A DNA stretch of 64,000 nucleotides from Lama glama (Eukaryota): contig CM052832.1 of the NCBI GenBank assembly GCA_028534125.1, positions 12,154,001 through 12,218,000 on the forward strand, written 5' to 3'. The notes under the pieces were generated by a model. That model saw nothing but the letters and a program-made list of their open reading frames with translations. It made no database searches and was not told the DNA's origin. Numbering within the stretch: the first letter of the stretch is position 1; the number at the start of each line of letters is the position of its first letter. Made by a program: the position numbers and the translations under genes. Below, piece by piece: positions 49,067 to 62,255 of this stretch.

Positions 49067-52000
49067 AATACTGCCATGTTAAATTAATCCTCAGCATTTT
49101 CAGTCTTCTGTTGGAAGGCTCTCTTTAGGAATTGTCAAGGGATGTATGTTTGCACCCAGTGGGGAAGTCTGGAGTAAAATCATTGACAGTTTGCTTTGAA
49201 GAACCCATTTCTCTTTGTGTATAAAGTACAAGGAAGAGTGAATGAAAAAGTGGGCAAACACATATGACTTCTCCTAGGCGAGTGTTATGCAGCTTAGCAC
49301 TCGGAATCTTCGTAGTTTAAAAAAGTAATAAATAATGAATAAATATTTACTTGTCTAGGCATCTGAAATTTAGTTTTAAAAACGAATTTAAGCTCATGGC
49401 AAGGAAAACCATGGTGAAATGAGATTTCTCCCAGGACTGTTCTCTTTGGCAGTGTTATCACACAGCCTTTCAGAGATCCAGCATGCTAAGGGTAGTTTGC
49501 TGTCCAGTTGAATGTCATCTCTTCACCGAATGTATGGGCTGTCTCCCTCCCTCCCACTCACTCTGGAAAGGTTAGCCTTTCTTCAGAATAGTACAGGTTT
49601 TTCCAGCAACATCTGTCAACTTGGCAATGAGCACACCCTAAGGAAATTATGAACATTTGAAGACCATCTAAATACTGCAGAGGACCTTTCCTCTCCCTCT
49701 TCTCTCCTCTCTCCCTGCTCCCCCTCCTGACTTCCCCCAAGAAGAGTAGAGCACCCACGTAGCATTTATCACTGTCCATATCACTGATAAATTGTAAGCC
49801 TATTTATGTCTGTGATTTTTTTTAAAATCTATTTTGTTTTGATTTGTTCACTCGGTTGTAATGGCTCTTGAAACCTCAAAGCAGTGACTGTCCTAGAAGG
49901 CAGACTGTGGGCAGACCCCTTTGTTTAATGAAAAGAGATCCCCAGCCACTGTACTGTTAGCACAAAGAGCCTCCTTTGGTCTTATGACTCGGATAATCTT
50001 GATCTGATTCAGTAGGTCAGAAATTGCTGTGCCCAGCAAATATCGACCAGAAGGAACTGCTTTCTTGGTTATTCTGATACTGCCAGCTGCATATTACACT
50101 AGCAGGTGCTAATAGATTTTTCGCTGGTCAGTAGAATTGTTATTGGTTCTTCCTTCCCCTGCCACCTATTCTTGTACAATTACAGGGTGGCTCATGAGAA
50201 TAAACATCTCCCCTCTTGGGTAATACCCAGATTTCTGAAATGCTGGTCTCACCACCCTTTCCATCTAGAGAAAGGTCTGGCTGTCATGGTTAGGGAAGTA
50301 CCAAGCCTGGATCTTATGATTCTCTGGAAATGTCAAGATGCTTCTGTAAACATGATCTAATTTATTCTTTCAATATTCATAAGAAGGTAGAGAGAAGGGA
50401 TTATTCTCTTTATGGGTAAAGAAGCTGAGTTATGGGGCAGTTCAGTGGTCTCCTTGAGATTGCGTAGGAAACGGTTTACAGAACTGAGTTTTTCAGGTAC
50501 CTGCCTTCTAGTCCATTGCTTTGTCCAGTGGACGATTGAGCTTTGGGCAGGCAGGAGGAGCAGACATTTTTCCCCTCTCAGAATTAAGTACGTAGCATGA
50601 TGCAAAGAGATCTAGAACTCAGAAATAAGACAGCTACCAACATGCTTATTATAAAGTTCTGTTTAAAAATACTTGGACCCACTTTTCATTTCCCAAAGCA
50701 CTAAGTGTAAACCATTAAAAGAATAATTAATTGAAAATAGTAACAGAAGGTGGTTTTTAAATTGCCTTTTATTGTATTTTACACAAAACTTTCCATCACA
50801 CAGCGTAAGTCTACTGGAAAACATGATTCTGTTGCCTCAATCTAGATTAATTTTGGCCTCCAGAAGGCAGTGTAAATTGTATGTGTTGCTGAGGTTTTTT
50901 TCTGGTAACTCCTTTACTGAGGAGTATGAATAAAGTTGTTCCAGGTCATTGGCAAGACTTTGATTGTCAGTCTTTGAAGCTAGGTAGACAAAGTTCCCCA
51001 GGGACCCCCAGTTTACCTGTTGGGGAGGCAAAGCCTCAGTCTTCCCCAGGAGATAGCTCAACTTCCCCACAGCCCTGGGCTGGCCCCCCAGGCTAAAACA
51101 GGGAGAGCCCAGGAAGGCAAGTTTTCCCTCAGGCGTCCTGTGGGGTTGGATTAGAGTCTCAGTTCTGAGAGCTCAATATTCAGAAGTTAACATTCACATT
51201 TACTGGTATGTTTCTTCTAAATTTCAGTCACACTCCCTTGAGATTCTCAGAGTCTTTCCTTCTCACACAACTCAATCCAGGATGGTTTGTGGGAACTAAG
51301 ATATTTGAAAATTTGGTGTCATTTCCAACCTTTTTCTCTCCGCCTCCAAAATCTGTGGCAGGAAGTTTCTGCCAAAGTGGAATTTTAGGAGCATACTGGA
51401 CACAGATCTGATTGTAAAAATGTATAGAACTCCACTAATGTTTGAATGCCTCACTGCTGATAACTATTGTTAGTAGAAACTCAAATTTTACGTTTATTGA
51501 TAATGTTAAAGGACCATCATTCAGGATCTTAAGACTCAAGAGTTAGCCATTATCTCAGAATCATTCTGACTTAAAATTGTTAAAGTTTGAATCAGATGCA
51601 TCTTCCAGCTTAAAATTAAAAAAAAAAGAAAAAGAGAAAAGCTCTATTTTGTTAAAGGATGGTTTAAAAAAATACACACAAAAATTTCCTTGCAAACCAC
51701 AACTTCTTTTGTGGACATTTTGAAAACCTTTGGACATCCTTTGTTCTGTGCTTAACATGAATGAGAAATATTCCCTCAAGCTATAGTGACATCTCTTACC
51801 TCAAGTCACAGAATTGTGGCCTGACAAGACCTTTCAGCCAGTAGCATGGAACAAAAATAACTCTGTTGATTTCAGCATCTTTTAGGACATAAGGAAAAAT
51901 AAATCCATGTAGAACTCTTATGATACTACTCATAGAAAAGATGCCCTTTACATACAACTTTAAAAAATTTTTTTGAGAAACCATTTCCAAAACTTGCAAG

Positions 52001-54997
52001 ACAGATTTCAATGACTCTCTGTATGTTAGGTATTTCCCTCAGCTTGAATACCTTGTCCTGATGCAGGGGGCAGATGTAACTCTCTTTCTCTGACACATCA
52101 TGTCCAGAGAAAAAGGGACGCATCACCCCAATGAGATACTGCCTTTTAGTTCAAATACAGAACGGAATGTTTGGGATATCTTTTTTCTTACATCTGGAAA
52201 TTCCTTTGTCTGAAATTTAAAGGTCCTTGCCTGCAGAGTGAATCCCTCTTTGATACACTGCAGTGGTTACTGGTGTTAAACATCTGATGCTTGATTCTTG
52301 AAGGTCTTTTTGAATTGAAGTTTTTCACAGCTAAAGCCTCCAGTGTGAATGCTGGAGTTTGAAAACTACACAGAGAGTAAACCTCCTAAGCAGTCGGTTC
52401 TGGAACATGCTTTCTCTCAAAGGCCCCAGGGTAAGAGAGAATTCATTGATCCTGGTGAACTTGCACATTTGAGACCCACAGCCCCCACCTGACCCCTCAT
52501 CTCAACTTTGCTCCTGGGAATAGCCACCTCTGATTTCTCATCTTCGTCTTCTAGAAAACTGCCATTTTCTCTGAAATGTTTGGTACTCTAGCTTGATGAA
52601 GTTATAAAGTTTGCATATTTTGGGAGGAGGGAAAGCCACACTGAAAGTTTGGAAAGGTGTTAACTCTTCCTGTCACTGGCTAAATAGAGCCCAGCATAAT
52701 TGTCAAAAGTCCTTGCAATCTCAAGGTATGGTGTGATTTGGGCAACCTTGGCAATGTCAGAATTGGTGCTGTAACAGGAATGATAGAACACTGAGATGTA
52801 TACTAACTGAAACAGACAGAAATGAGAACAGGAAAAAGGGAAAGAGGCTCAGAGAAATGCGGCTCCTGCTTCAAAAGGCATGGTCTCGTTTCTTCCCACG
52901 GGCTTCCCACAGCAGATAAGGAGAGGTGGTCACTACTGAATCCTTTACAGTTGTTAGGAAGCAGGCTTTTCACAGAGCTGGGAACTGGGGTAAAATTTGG
53001 GGAAGGAAGTGTTTATAAAGGATTTTTCTTTAGTGATGTAGTTGTGGTTTTTTTAACTTGATAGCTAAAACTAGGAATTACTGTAACTCATAGCCAGTGT
53101 TGCAGAATGCGTTTTCGTAGCTTTTTGATAGATTTCAAGGAAGATGGGCTTATGCTCTAATTAGCTATTGTTCTTTTACAGCTGTTCAGACATAACAGCT
53201 GTGAGTATTTTTTTCCTGTAGAGTAAGTTGACAGAAGGTTGGATCTCAGCTGGGTTAGGAGGTTGTCTGGTCAGCAGCAAGTTCCTCTGTAGGCCTAGGA
53301 ATGGGCCCCTAGGGGGCGAGTTCCTCTTTTTAAAAAAGTGTAGGTCTGTATAGGGGAATATCTATATGTGACCTTAAGCTACTGTCCTAGGTGTCTTTGT
53401 GAAGGATATACTTTGTATCTCTGAAAATCTTGGCAATGGAAAAGAATCTAGTCTGAGTCTATTAAGCACCTGATGACTGTGTGAACCGCTGTGCTGTTAG
53501 AAAACAATTTGTAATGAAAACAGCCAGGAAACATTGAATGAAGCCCAACACAAGCACTGTTTTTGAAGATGACAGTCCTCTCTAAGTGCTAAGTGCTATT
53601 TCATTTTTTAAAAATCTGCTTCAAGTGGGTTTTTCCCCATACCTCTCAAAGGTGATCTCTGGAGACAGTTAAATAACATGTCAGTCTTATCTTTAAATAT
53701 AGCTGGTACAGGTGGCGCTCAGGTCATGTCCTAGTGAAGTAATACTGCCTTTTAAAACATTTATTACTCCTGAATTAAATTTACGGGCAGCTTGTTGGCC
53801 ACCCCTGGTGCTGCGTAAGAACAGAGAACAGTAAAATTGTTTTCAGATCACTTTTTCTGCAGTTCCCCACAGTCTGAGTCATCCCAATATTCATACACTT
53901 GCAGAATGTATACACTTTGTTAACATGCAGCTTTTGCATTCAGAAGCAGCAAATTAAATTTGTCTGAGCAGAATTGCTATTGTACAGAGGGGAAAAAGTA
54001 ATTTCTGCTCAGGCACTTCCCCTTTGCCTTTGCTTCTAGCACAGGCTTTTGTAATAATAGGTATGTAGCTGAAGAATGGCAAAGGAAAACCAGAAAGAGA
54101 CAGACTCAGGATGCTGGATTTTGGCAGGATGGTTTTGTAAACAAAGTGACACAAATTGGGGCAGAAATTCCAGTGGGACAAGGGAGGAAACTGGAAGACT
54201 GGAAATACAGCACAAAGCTGAGTCCCATCCAGATGGTGTTTTTAATAAATTTATCAGACGCATATGAAAGGTGGTAATGAACATTCAAGTGGGGAGTGGC
54301 CCGACCCCTGCGAGACGGAAAAACAGTATGGCACCTTCTGTGCATTGCAGTCAGTTAGAATCGGTCTCTAATTTTTCCCAGGAAAAAACACTACAGAACT
54401 TATTCAAACCATTGAGTAATTATTAGGCAGTCCAACTAGGCAGGCTGAGGTTTGTGTTTCTAGGAAGAAGAATTAATAACAGAATTATTTCCTGCTGAAA
54501 TGGAGGAAGGGGCCTGTGACATCTGGGTTAAACCTCTTCTGTGAGGACGCCTCTAGTGTGACTAAAGCAGATAGGATACCATCAGGCATAAAAGAGCATT
54601 TATAGTCTTTAAAAGCTTAATTGTTATGTACATTCCTCCTCTTCCTCCTGTTCTGCCCCAAATGGTTTCTCCATGAGAAAATATTTTAGTCTACTAAAAT
54701 ATGAATAACGAAACTTGCTGTATGTGGGATAAACTTTTAGGTGAAGAGAAGTTGAGAGAACTGAAGGTGTGTGTATGCTTATAAAGCAGCTCTTCTGCAG
54801 TGGGCATGTTTTTCTTTTTACTGTTTAGGTCAGGACCCAGAGATTGATCATATTTTACTTTTCTAAGAAAACTTTCCCTGAGAAAGCAATTTTTTTTCTG
54901 CTTTATTCAGTAACTTGTAGACTTTCTAGCTTTGGGTAAGGAGCTATGTTAAGCAAGGTTAAGTGTCCCAACCTACATAGGAGTGATTTTCCAGCTC

Positions 54998-55120
54998 TGA
55001 TTCATTCATTTAGCAGATATTTATTTAATACCTACTATATGCTAGGCACTGTTTCTGGGCAGTTGGGAAGCAGTGAAAAAAAAGAAACAAAAGTTCCTGC
55101 TTCTATGAAACTCACATTTA
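54998..55120 (-). mobile_element. L2 3'-terminal fragment
   Basis: attcattcatttagcagatatttatttaatacctactatatgctaggcactgtt. Confidence 0.75.
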
Positions 55121-56089
55121 TAAATCTCTGATTGTCAAATTAGATCAGATTGAGATACTGATTTGGATGTTAAGAATCAGCACAGTGCTGGAATGTTGGT
55201 CTCATCTTGGTTATTTACAGAAAATCATTATCCACAGGGTTTGTGCCCAGGTCTCTATCCTTCTCTTCTTACAGCTTTTTGGCTTCATTTGGTCATTATA
55301 TTGTTAATTTGACTCATTATTAAGAAAACAGGAATGAGAATAAGAAAAGTGGTGATCTTCTGATTTTATTTCTTATGAAGTAAATACTAGTTGCTAGTAG
55401 AGTTTAGCAAAAGCTATTTCTTGAAAGGAAATTTTGGAGTTGGGGTAAATGGACTAATACAGTCCATCTCTGTGAATTTGTTGAGATGTGTCTGTGTTTA
55501 TCTTGTTGGGCACCCTTTGTATATCCAGACTTTTGCTGAAAAACATTAATGAACAATTATGTCAAGATCAAAGTGGAAACTATGGAATACTCTTCTCCAG
55601 CACATAGATATGGAATTTTTTGTTTTACGAAGGCAAAATTCTTTAATATAACATATGTTAGACTACCTTAAGATTCCAGAGGGTCAGAGGGTGATATTGC
55701 TAGGGCAGTTTTGCTTAGAGAAAATGTTGGAGACTGAAAGAATCTTCTGTAGTAAACCCATTTATAAATACGTCTTTAGAAAAGCTATTCTGAGTGCTTA
55801 TCCCAGCCTTGTTTCCCAAAGAGCTTGAACCATATCAGTAATGATTTTGTGATTGTCTCTGATGCTGCTGCACTAATTGACCACTAGTTAAAATCAGATT
55901 ATCGAGGGATGAAATTGCGAAGCAGTAAGTTAGCTTAGGAGGAAATTGACAAGCTCAGGGAGAGTCAACAAAGACAGCAGTTAAGACCCAGTGGACACTA
56001 CAGAGGGCATCAGCATTCAAAAGAATCCCCAAAGATTTATTCTTTCAAAGCCCCTGAAATCACTTGCATCTTTCTGGTTTTGATAAAAA

Positions 56090-56500
56090 CAGTTAAAATA
56101 TGTAGAACTTTAAAATTTTGTTCAATATTCCATTTGTGCAAAAGAATATAAGGAACATATATGTAAAGTTTGGAGAGCAGGAACACTCACCCAGCCTGAG
56201 AAACAGAACACTACCAACTTCAGAGCTCTTTGTGTGTTCCTCCCCTAGGTGCGTTCTCACTGCCTTCCTATCCAGAGGTCACCATTCATCTGAATTTTAG
56301 TGTTTACTGTTTCCCAGTTCTCCTTTCTAATCTCACCACATGGGTGAGATTCACTAGGTGTCTATCACTAAACATTAGAAATAGAATTATACCCTTTGTA
56401 TTTTTCTGACTTCCTCTTCTTAACTTTCTTTGTGAGATTGACCCTTGTTGACACACATAACTCCAGTTCATTTATTTTCAATACTGGGTAATTTTTGTTT
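56090..56500 (-). mobile_element. L1ME-like 3' UTR fragment
   Basis: cacccagcctgagaaacagaaca...ccagaggtcaccattcatctgaatttt...ccagttcatttattttca. Confidence 0.6.
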
Positions 56501-59500
56501 GGTAGTGAAACTTTAAAGCTCAACGGACAGGTTAAATAGCAGATGAGACACACCTGAAGAGAATTAGTGAACACAGATAGTAATTTTAAGAAATTAACCA
56601 GAATGCTTCAAAAAGAGGAAAAGAAGGGGGAAAATGAAAGGAAGGTTAAAAAATATAGAAGATGGAATGAAAAATCCCAGCAGAGTTCTAATGGGAATTC
56701 TAGAAGAAGTTAAAACAGAAAATGAAGGATAATCAATACTCACAGAAATAATGATCATAATGTTACAAACTTGATAAAAGCCATACATGCTCATATTCCG
56801 TCCTGAGCAGGATAAATCTAATCTACATCTATGTACAACATAGTGAAATTGCAAAACACCTAAAACAAAAAGAAAACCTTAAAATTAACTGTAGAGGAAA
56901 AAAAATTATAACAGAAGGATAGCAGACTTTAGTAGACATAACAGTAGAAGCCAGAAGACTGTGGAATAATATCTTGAAGATGCTGAGGAGAAACAACTTT
57001 TCACTTAGAGTTCTATACCTAAATAAACTGTTTTTCAAGAGTGGTGGCAAAATACACTTTCAAACAAAAATTTTACTGAACTCTGGTGCGTGTGTCTTAG
57101 AAAGAAGGAAGTTGGGCCAAGAAGAAAGGAGAATATAAAAAAAAAGTAGTGGTGAATAAATTGGTGAATGTGGATAAATAAGCTTTGACTATGAAATAAT
57201 GATTTTTTAAAAATGACTGATTGAGAAAGTATAAAACAAGGTAGAACTAAAATGTTAGATATGAATAACAAGCCAGGAGGCAAGTGATTTGTATGAAAAA
57301 GTGTTAAGATCTTTTTTATTGTTCAGGAGAAGGGAATATGTGATTTTTAATTTTAAACATTGTTAAGTCTGGTATACACGTCTGAAATGTAGTAAAAGAA
57401 TAGAATTATAGTTTATAACTTCCAAACCAAATCAGTAAAGATAGCTGATAGCTGTTGGGGAAAATAAAGGAAACTTAATCCATCAGAAAACAGGAACAGA
57501 GTGGACAGAGAAGTGGAGGAAGCAGCAGAAAAAAAATAACTTGTAAATAGGAAATAAAAGTGAATTAATGTACATCAGTAATAACACTGTAACTCATATA
57601 AATCTTTCAGTTAAAAGACAAAGGGCACTGAATTTCTCAAAACCCCAGTTATATGTTATTTACAAGAGACCAGAAAAGTAGAAGAGTGATACTAAGGAAA
57701 TAGTAGCCAAAATAAAAGTGCTATATTTATTTGACATCAGACAATGTAGATTTTAGGGTGAAGGCATTATTAGAAGTAAAAAGTGATATTACATAATGAA
57801 GAAAGGTTCATTCCATCAGTAAGATGTAATTCTAAAATGATATACATGAAATGACATGGTCTCAAAATATATAAAGCAAAAATTGACAGAATTATAAGGA
57901 GAAATTGATAGATCTGTTCATAACGGGAGATTTAAATGAACTTCTCCTAGTAGTAATTAGTAGGCATATAAGTGATTTGAACTACACAGTAAGTTTGATA
58001 TAGTAAATATATATAGAACCATACACCTCCCAAATTAGAGAATACGCATTCTCTTCAGGCACATGTAAAATATTAATAAGAATTAACCATGTACTAGGAT
58101 ACAAAAGAGTGTATCTTAACAAATTCTACAGTCAGTATCATACAGACCACACTTTTTTATCCATATTGCAATGTAATTTAAAATCAGTAACAAAAAGATA
58201 ACTTGAAAAGTTAAAAACATACTTATGAATAATTTATGGATCAAAGAAAAATCACAATGGAAATTAGAAATCCTTAGATGTGATCAACTTTTAAAACACT
58301 ATGTCAGACAAACCCAAACTGAGGAACATTCTACACAATACCTCACCAGTACTCTTCAAAACACTGTATGTCAAAACTTAAAGGATAAAGATAAAGCAGG
58401 ACTTAGAGGTAAAATACTAGCTTTAAATGCTTTTATTAGAAAAGAAGAAAAATTAATGAGTTAAGCAGTTGCTTCAGATATTTAGAAAAAAATAGAATAA
58501 ATCCAAGGGATTAGAAGGAAGAAATAATAAAAAGAGCAGAATTTAGTGAAGTAGGAAATAAAAAAAAGAATCAGCAAAATCAAAAATTGGTTTCTTGAAA
58601 ATACTAATAAAGTAGACAAACATGTATAGGACTGACCAAAAAAGAAAGAAAAGGTACAAATAAGATATTTGGAATAGTAAAGAGAATATACTTGTGAATA
58701 ATTTTATGCCAGTGTTCTTGAAAACTTAAAACAAGATGAAAATTTTCCCTGAAAGGGCCAAGAATATCTAAGGTAATTTTGAAGAAGAAAGGAGAAGGGA
58801 AAGGAAAGGGAGGAAAGGTGTTCACTTCAGCAGATTTTAAGATAATGTAAAGTTACAGTAATTAAAGCAGCATAGTAATATGTCTGGAGAAAACTCCAAT
58901 TCAAAAAGATCCATGCACCCCAGTGTTCAAAGCAGCGCTATTTACAAAAGCTAAGGCGTGGAAACAACCCCAATGTCCATCTACAGATGATTGGATAGAG
59001 AAGTTGTGGTATATATAAATAATAGAATAATACTCAGCCATAAAAAAGAATGAAATAATGGTATTTGTAACATCACGGATGGACCTAGAGATTATCATAC
59101 TAAGTGAAGTAAGTCAGACAGAGAAAGACAAGTATCATATGATATCACTTACATGCAGAATCTAAAAAAATGAGACAAATGAACTTATTTACAAAACAGA
59201 AACAGACTCTCAGACATAGAAAACAAACTTATGGTTACCAAAGGGGAAAGGGGTGGAGGAGGGATAAATTAGGGTTTGGGATTAACACACACAAACTGCT
59301 ATATATAAAATAGATGAACAACAAGGTCCTATGGTATAGCACAGGTAACTGTATTCAATATCTTATGATAACCTATAATGAAAAAGAGTATGTATATATG
59401 TGTATAATTGAATCACTGTGCTGTACACCAGAAACTAACACAATGTTACTTCAATTAAAAAAGAAAGCTGCGTGGTAAAGGCAGAAGACTAGGCAAATCA

Positions 59501-60090
59501 GAGAAACAGTACAGATCTCAAAAAGAGATGTGGATATGTATGAAAACTTCGTATGTGACTAAAGTAACAAATCAGTGGGGGAAAGGATGGACTGTTCACT
59601 AAATGGTGCTGGGGAAATTGGCTAACCTTATGAATAAAAGATGAAAGTAGATCTGTATTTCATAGGATACCAAAAATAAATCCTAAACAGATTAAAGAGC
59701 CAAATGTGAAAAGCAAAATTTCTTAACTTTTAGAAGAAAATATCGGAAGATATCTTTATGAATTTGGGGTAGGAAAGAATTGATAAACAAGAGAGGGAAA
59801 GCACAAATCATAAAGGGAAAGATTAAATATTTTAACTTTTAATACATTAACTGAAAAAGGATTGGCACCCTGCCAGTGAGGTGACTCAGCCATGAGTGTA
59901 ATTCCACTTCCATATATCCATGCACACACACACACATCTCATACATTCCTTGAAGAAACTCTTACCTATGTGCACAAGAAGACACTTGTTTGTAATCATA
60001 AAACAGCAGTAACAATCCAAATGTCCCGTTGGTATATTTATACATTGAAATATGTTATAGACTTTACACAACTAAACTAGATTTATCTAT
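56500..60090 (+). mobile_element. Long decayed old L1 (ORF1 and ORF2 remnants with internal deletions)
   Basis: ORF1-like (agaagccagaagactgtggaataatatc ~ EARRLWNNI; ttctatacct), endonuclease-like (tgttatttacaagagac ~ CYLQET; ggagatttaaat ~ GDLN) and later ORF2 (aaatggtgctggggaaattgg ~ KWCWGNW) motifs, with many stops and frameshifts. Confidence 0.8.
58879..59463 (+). mobile_element. Younger 5'-truncated L1 (ORF2 C-terminus, 3' UTR and A tail) nested in the older L1
   Basis: Translates as EKTPIQKDPCTPVFKAALFTKAKAWKQPQCPSTDDWIEKLWYI*...MDLEIIILSEVSQTEKDKYHMISLTCRI*, with internal stops. TSD AAAGCAGCATAGTAA (58864-58878) / AAAGCTGCGTGGTAA (59464-59478). Confidence 0.92.
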
Positions 60091-60125
60091 CTATTGAATG
60101 TTCCTGCAGCCTGGTTTAATGTTTG

Positions 60126-60498
60126 TTGTAGATGTTAATATTGTTGGCCAAATATTCCTTCTTTTGGTCACAGAGCAAGGTAGCCCTCTCCTACTCCCTT
60201 TGAAGTTAGGTGAGACCCTGTGACTTGCCTTAGCTAATAAAAAAATGTGAGCAAAGTGATGTGTGTTGCTTTGGGGGAAGAGTCTTAAGAGCCAGTTCAC
60301 TCTCTTCTCACTGCTGCTGTGATTAAGGAAGCACATATCAATACAAAGCCTCCGTCACGAGGTTCCCTGAGTGATACAGTGCTCAGAGCCACCTTGCTGA
60401 TCATCAGTGAATGCATAGGGTGAGTGAAAAACAAATGTGTGCTATTTAAGCACCTGGGAGAATGGAGACTGTTACTGCAGCCTAAGGCTGCCTACAGT
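60126..60498 (+). mobile_element. MaLR solo LTR, MLT1I/J-like
   Basis: ccctttgaagttaggtg...tgtgacttgccttagctaat...tgtgagcaaagtgatgtgtgt...ttaagagccagt...tgttactgcagc. Confidence 0.7.
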
Positions 60499-61579
60499 AT
60501 GATTTTATGTCTCAGCTCAATTTACTGTATATCTTATACCACTTTCTTAAGTTCTCTCTTCCAAATCACAGAATACTTCCCATTTTTCGTGAAATAGAGG
60601 TACCATGACTTAGCCTCTAAACATAGTCCTTTATCTCTTCTCCTTTCGAAATCATAGAGGACTTGTCTCTAAGCCCCTTCTCTGCCAGGAAACTGTCCCC
60701 ACAGGTTATTTCATGAATGTTTTTGCTTGTTGCTTTGGAGTTAAGCTTCATAGTCAAGGGATTCATCTGCAGAAAATCCATCCCCTCTCCCTTCTTCATT
60801 CCCTTTCTCTCTCCTTTATCTGTGGATGGCTGTTCTCATCTGCAGGGAACAAAGCAAGTAGTGAAGGTATATAAGATGAGGGCTCAAGTACAGGCATGCC
60901 CAACTTTGGAAAATAAACACGTTGCTTAGAAGATATGTGGAACATTATTTTCCACATCATTAAAAAGTAAGAAATGTTTCGGCATGATAGTAGTACTTCT
61001 CACCTTCTCTCTTTTCACAGAATATATTGTTACTGAAAATACAGTATGTATCTAATGAGAAATTGTCTTTTTTTTAATCCACTTAAAAATTATGTAAAGT
61101 AAGCTGCAAATCTTGAATGAGAGTAGCTAAGGTTAATTGTAGATTTGGGGAAAATAACTTAAATGTCTGAAGAAAACCCCAGCACCAGTAAATGCACGAA
61201 AAAGGTCCCAAGGGACTTAAAAGGCCCTCACCTCTTATCATTCTCTTCTCAGTGTTTAGAGAATTTACATCATTTTTGGACAGCTATCATTTTGTGGAAA
61301 CCCTAGACTTTTATAAATGAACAGGTTGATGTATATAGAGAGACTCAGAATCAAAACAGCCGGTGTTTCAAAATACAGCAGTTCATGAACAAAGAGACAA
61401 GCATATGTGTTGAAATGCTCAGAATAGTAAACAAATAAAAATGGGAAATGAATCATGGCTGAAGGCAACTGTATATTCTGAAAAGGGATTGATACCATGT
61501 CCTGGGTTGTTTTCCTGCTTTGTGAATTCTGAAATACTGAATCTATATATATCAAGCTGCTTGAAACAAATTAAGTGTA

Positions 61580-62010
61580 ATAAATATGTACACTTTAGAG
61601 AATACTAATAAAACGTGTGTCTGTGTACCTATTGCCTAGCTTGAGAATAGAACAAGACCTGGAGATTTGCAGCCCCTCCAAGATTTCATCTCCCCTCTTC
61701 CCAGACAGATAATCCTGGATTTAGTGTAATAATTCCCTGAATTTCCTTTTTAGTTTTGTGTTTATGCATGTATTCCTAAATGGAGTAAATTTTTAGTTTT
61801 GCCTTTTTAAAAAACTTTGTGTAAATGAACTCATATACCATATTTTTCTGTGCCTTGTTTTTTTCACTCAACATTGTTTTTTGATTCACTCATTTGTATA
61901 TAGCTGTAGTTCATTAATCTCAATTACTGTGTGGTTTCCCATTGTAGTAATATTTCACAATTACTGTGTGGTTTCCCATTGTAGTGTATTTATGCATTCT
62001 GTATTTTATA
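61580..62010 (-). mobile_element. L1ME-like 3' UTR fragment
   Basis: tgtttttttcactcaacattgttttttgattcactcatttg...gctgtagttcatt. Confidence 0.65.
61921..61985. repeat. Direct repeat: two identical 28-bp copies (CAATTACTGTGTGGTTTCCCATTGTAGT), period 37
   Basis: Copies at 61921-61948 and 61958-61985. Confidence 0.95.
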
Positions 62011-62255
62011 GGATATCATGTTTCTTTATAATAAAATTCTTTAGGACTGATTACTATATGTGGTTTGGTTCATTCCAACCTTAGGCTCAACTTTTTAAAA
62101 AGCTATTGGGCATGGAAAATGTGTTCATAACTTGAGATAATCAAGATGCTCTAATTCTGTTTTATCGTTGATAGTAATTAATTTTGTTCATAGCACACTA
62201 TTGGGATATATTTGGCTTCTTTGTCTTGATGCTGAATCTTGTGTTGGATTCACAG

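Larger units (their letters stand above)
29694..62255 (+). other. BTBD9: BTBD9 GT-AG intron, 32,562 bp, phase 1
   Basis: Bounded by GTAAGT and CACAG. The flanking exons join as ...GLI-V-PMEN... with no missing residues as I recall the protein. Confidence 0.9.

Noticed and set aside
58901..59098. 65-aa minus-strand ORF
   Set aside because: Antisense frame of the L1 ORF2 C-terminus.
56500..60090. Possible active L1 or domesticated ORF
   Set aside because: Numerous stops, frameshifts and deletions; no long intact ORF.
61921..61985. CRISPR-like direct repeats
   Set aside because: Only two copies with a 9-bp spacer in mammalian intronic DNA, with no cas genes; an ordinary duplication.
62168..62255. 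N-terminal part of ORF 62168..62449 (MIVINF...GFT)
   Set aside because: Intronic read-through from a TTG start upstream of the acceptor; BTBD9 similarity begins only at VPMEN.
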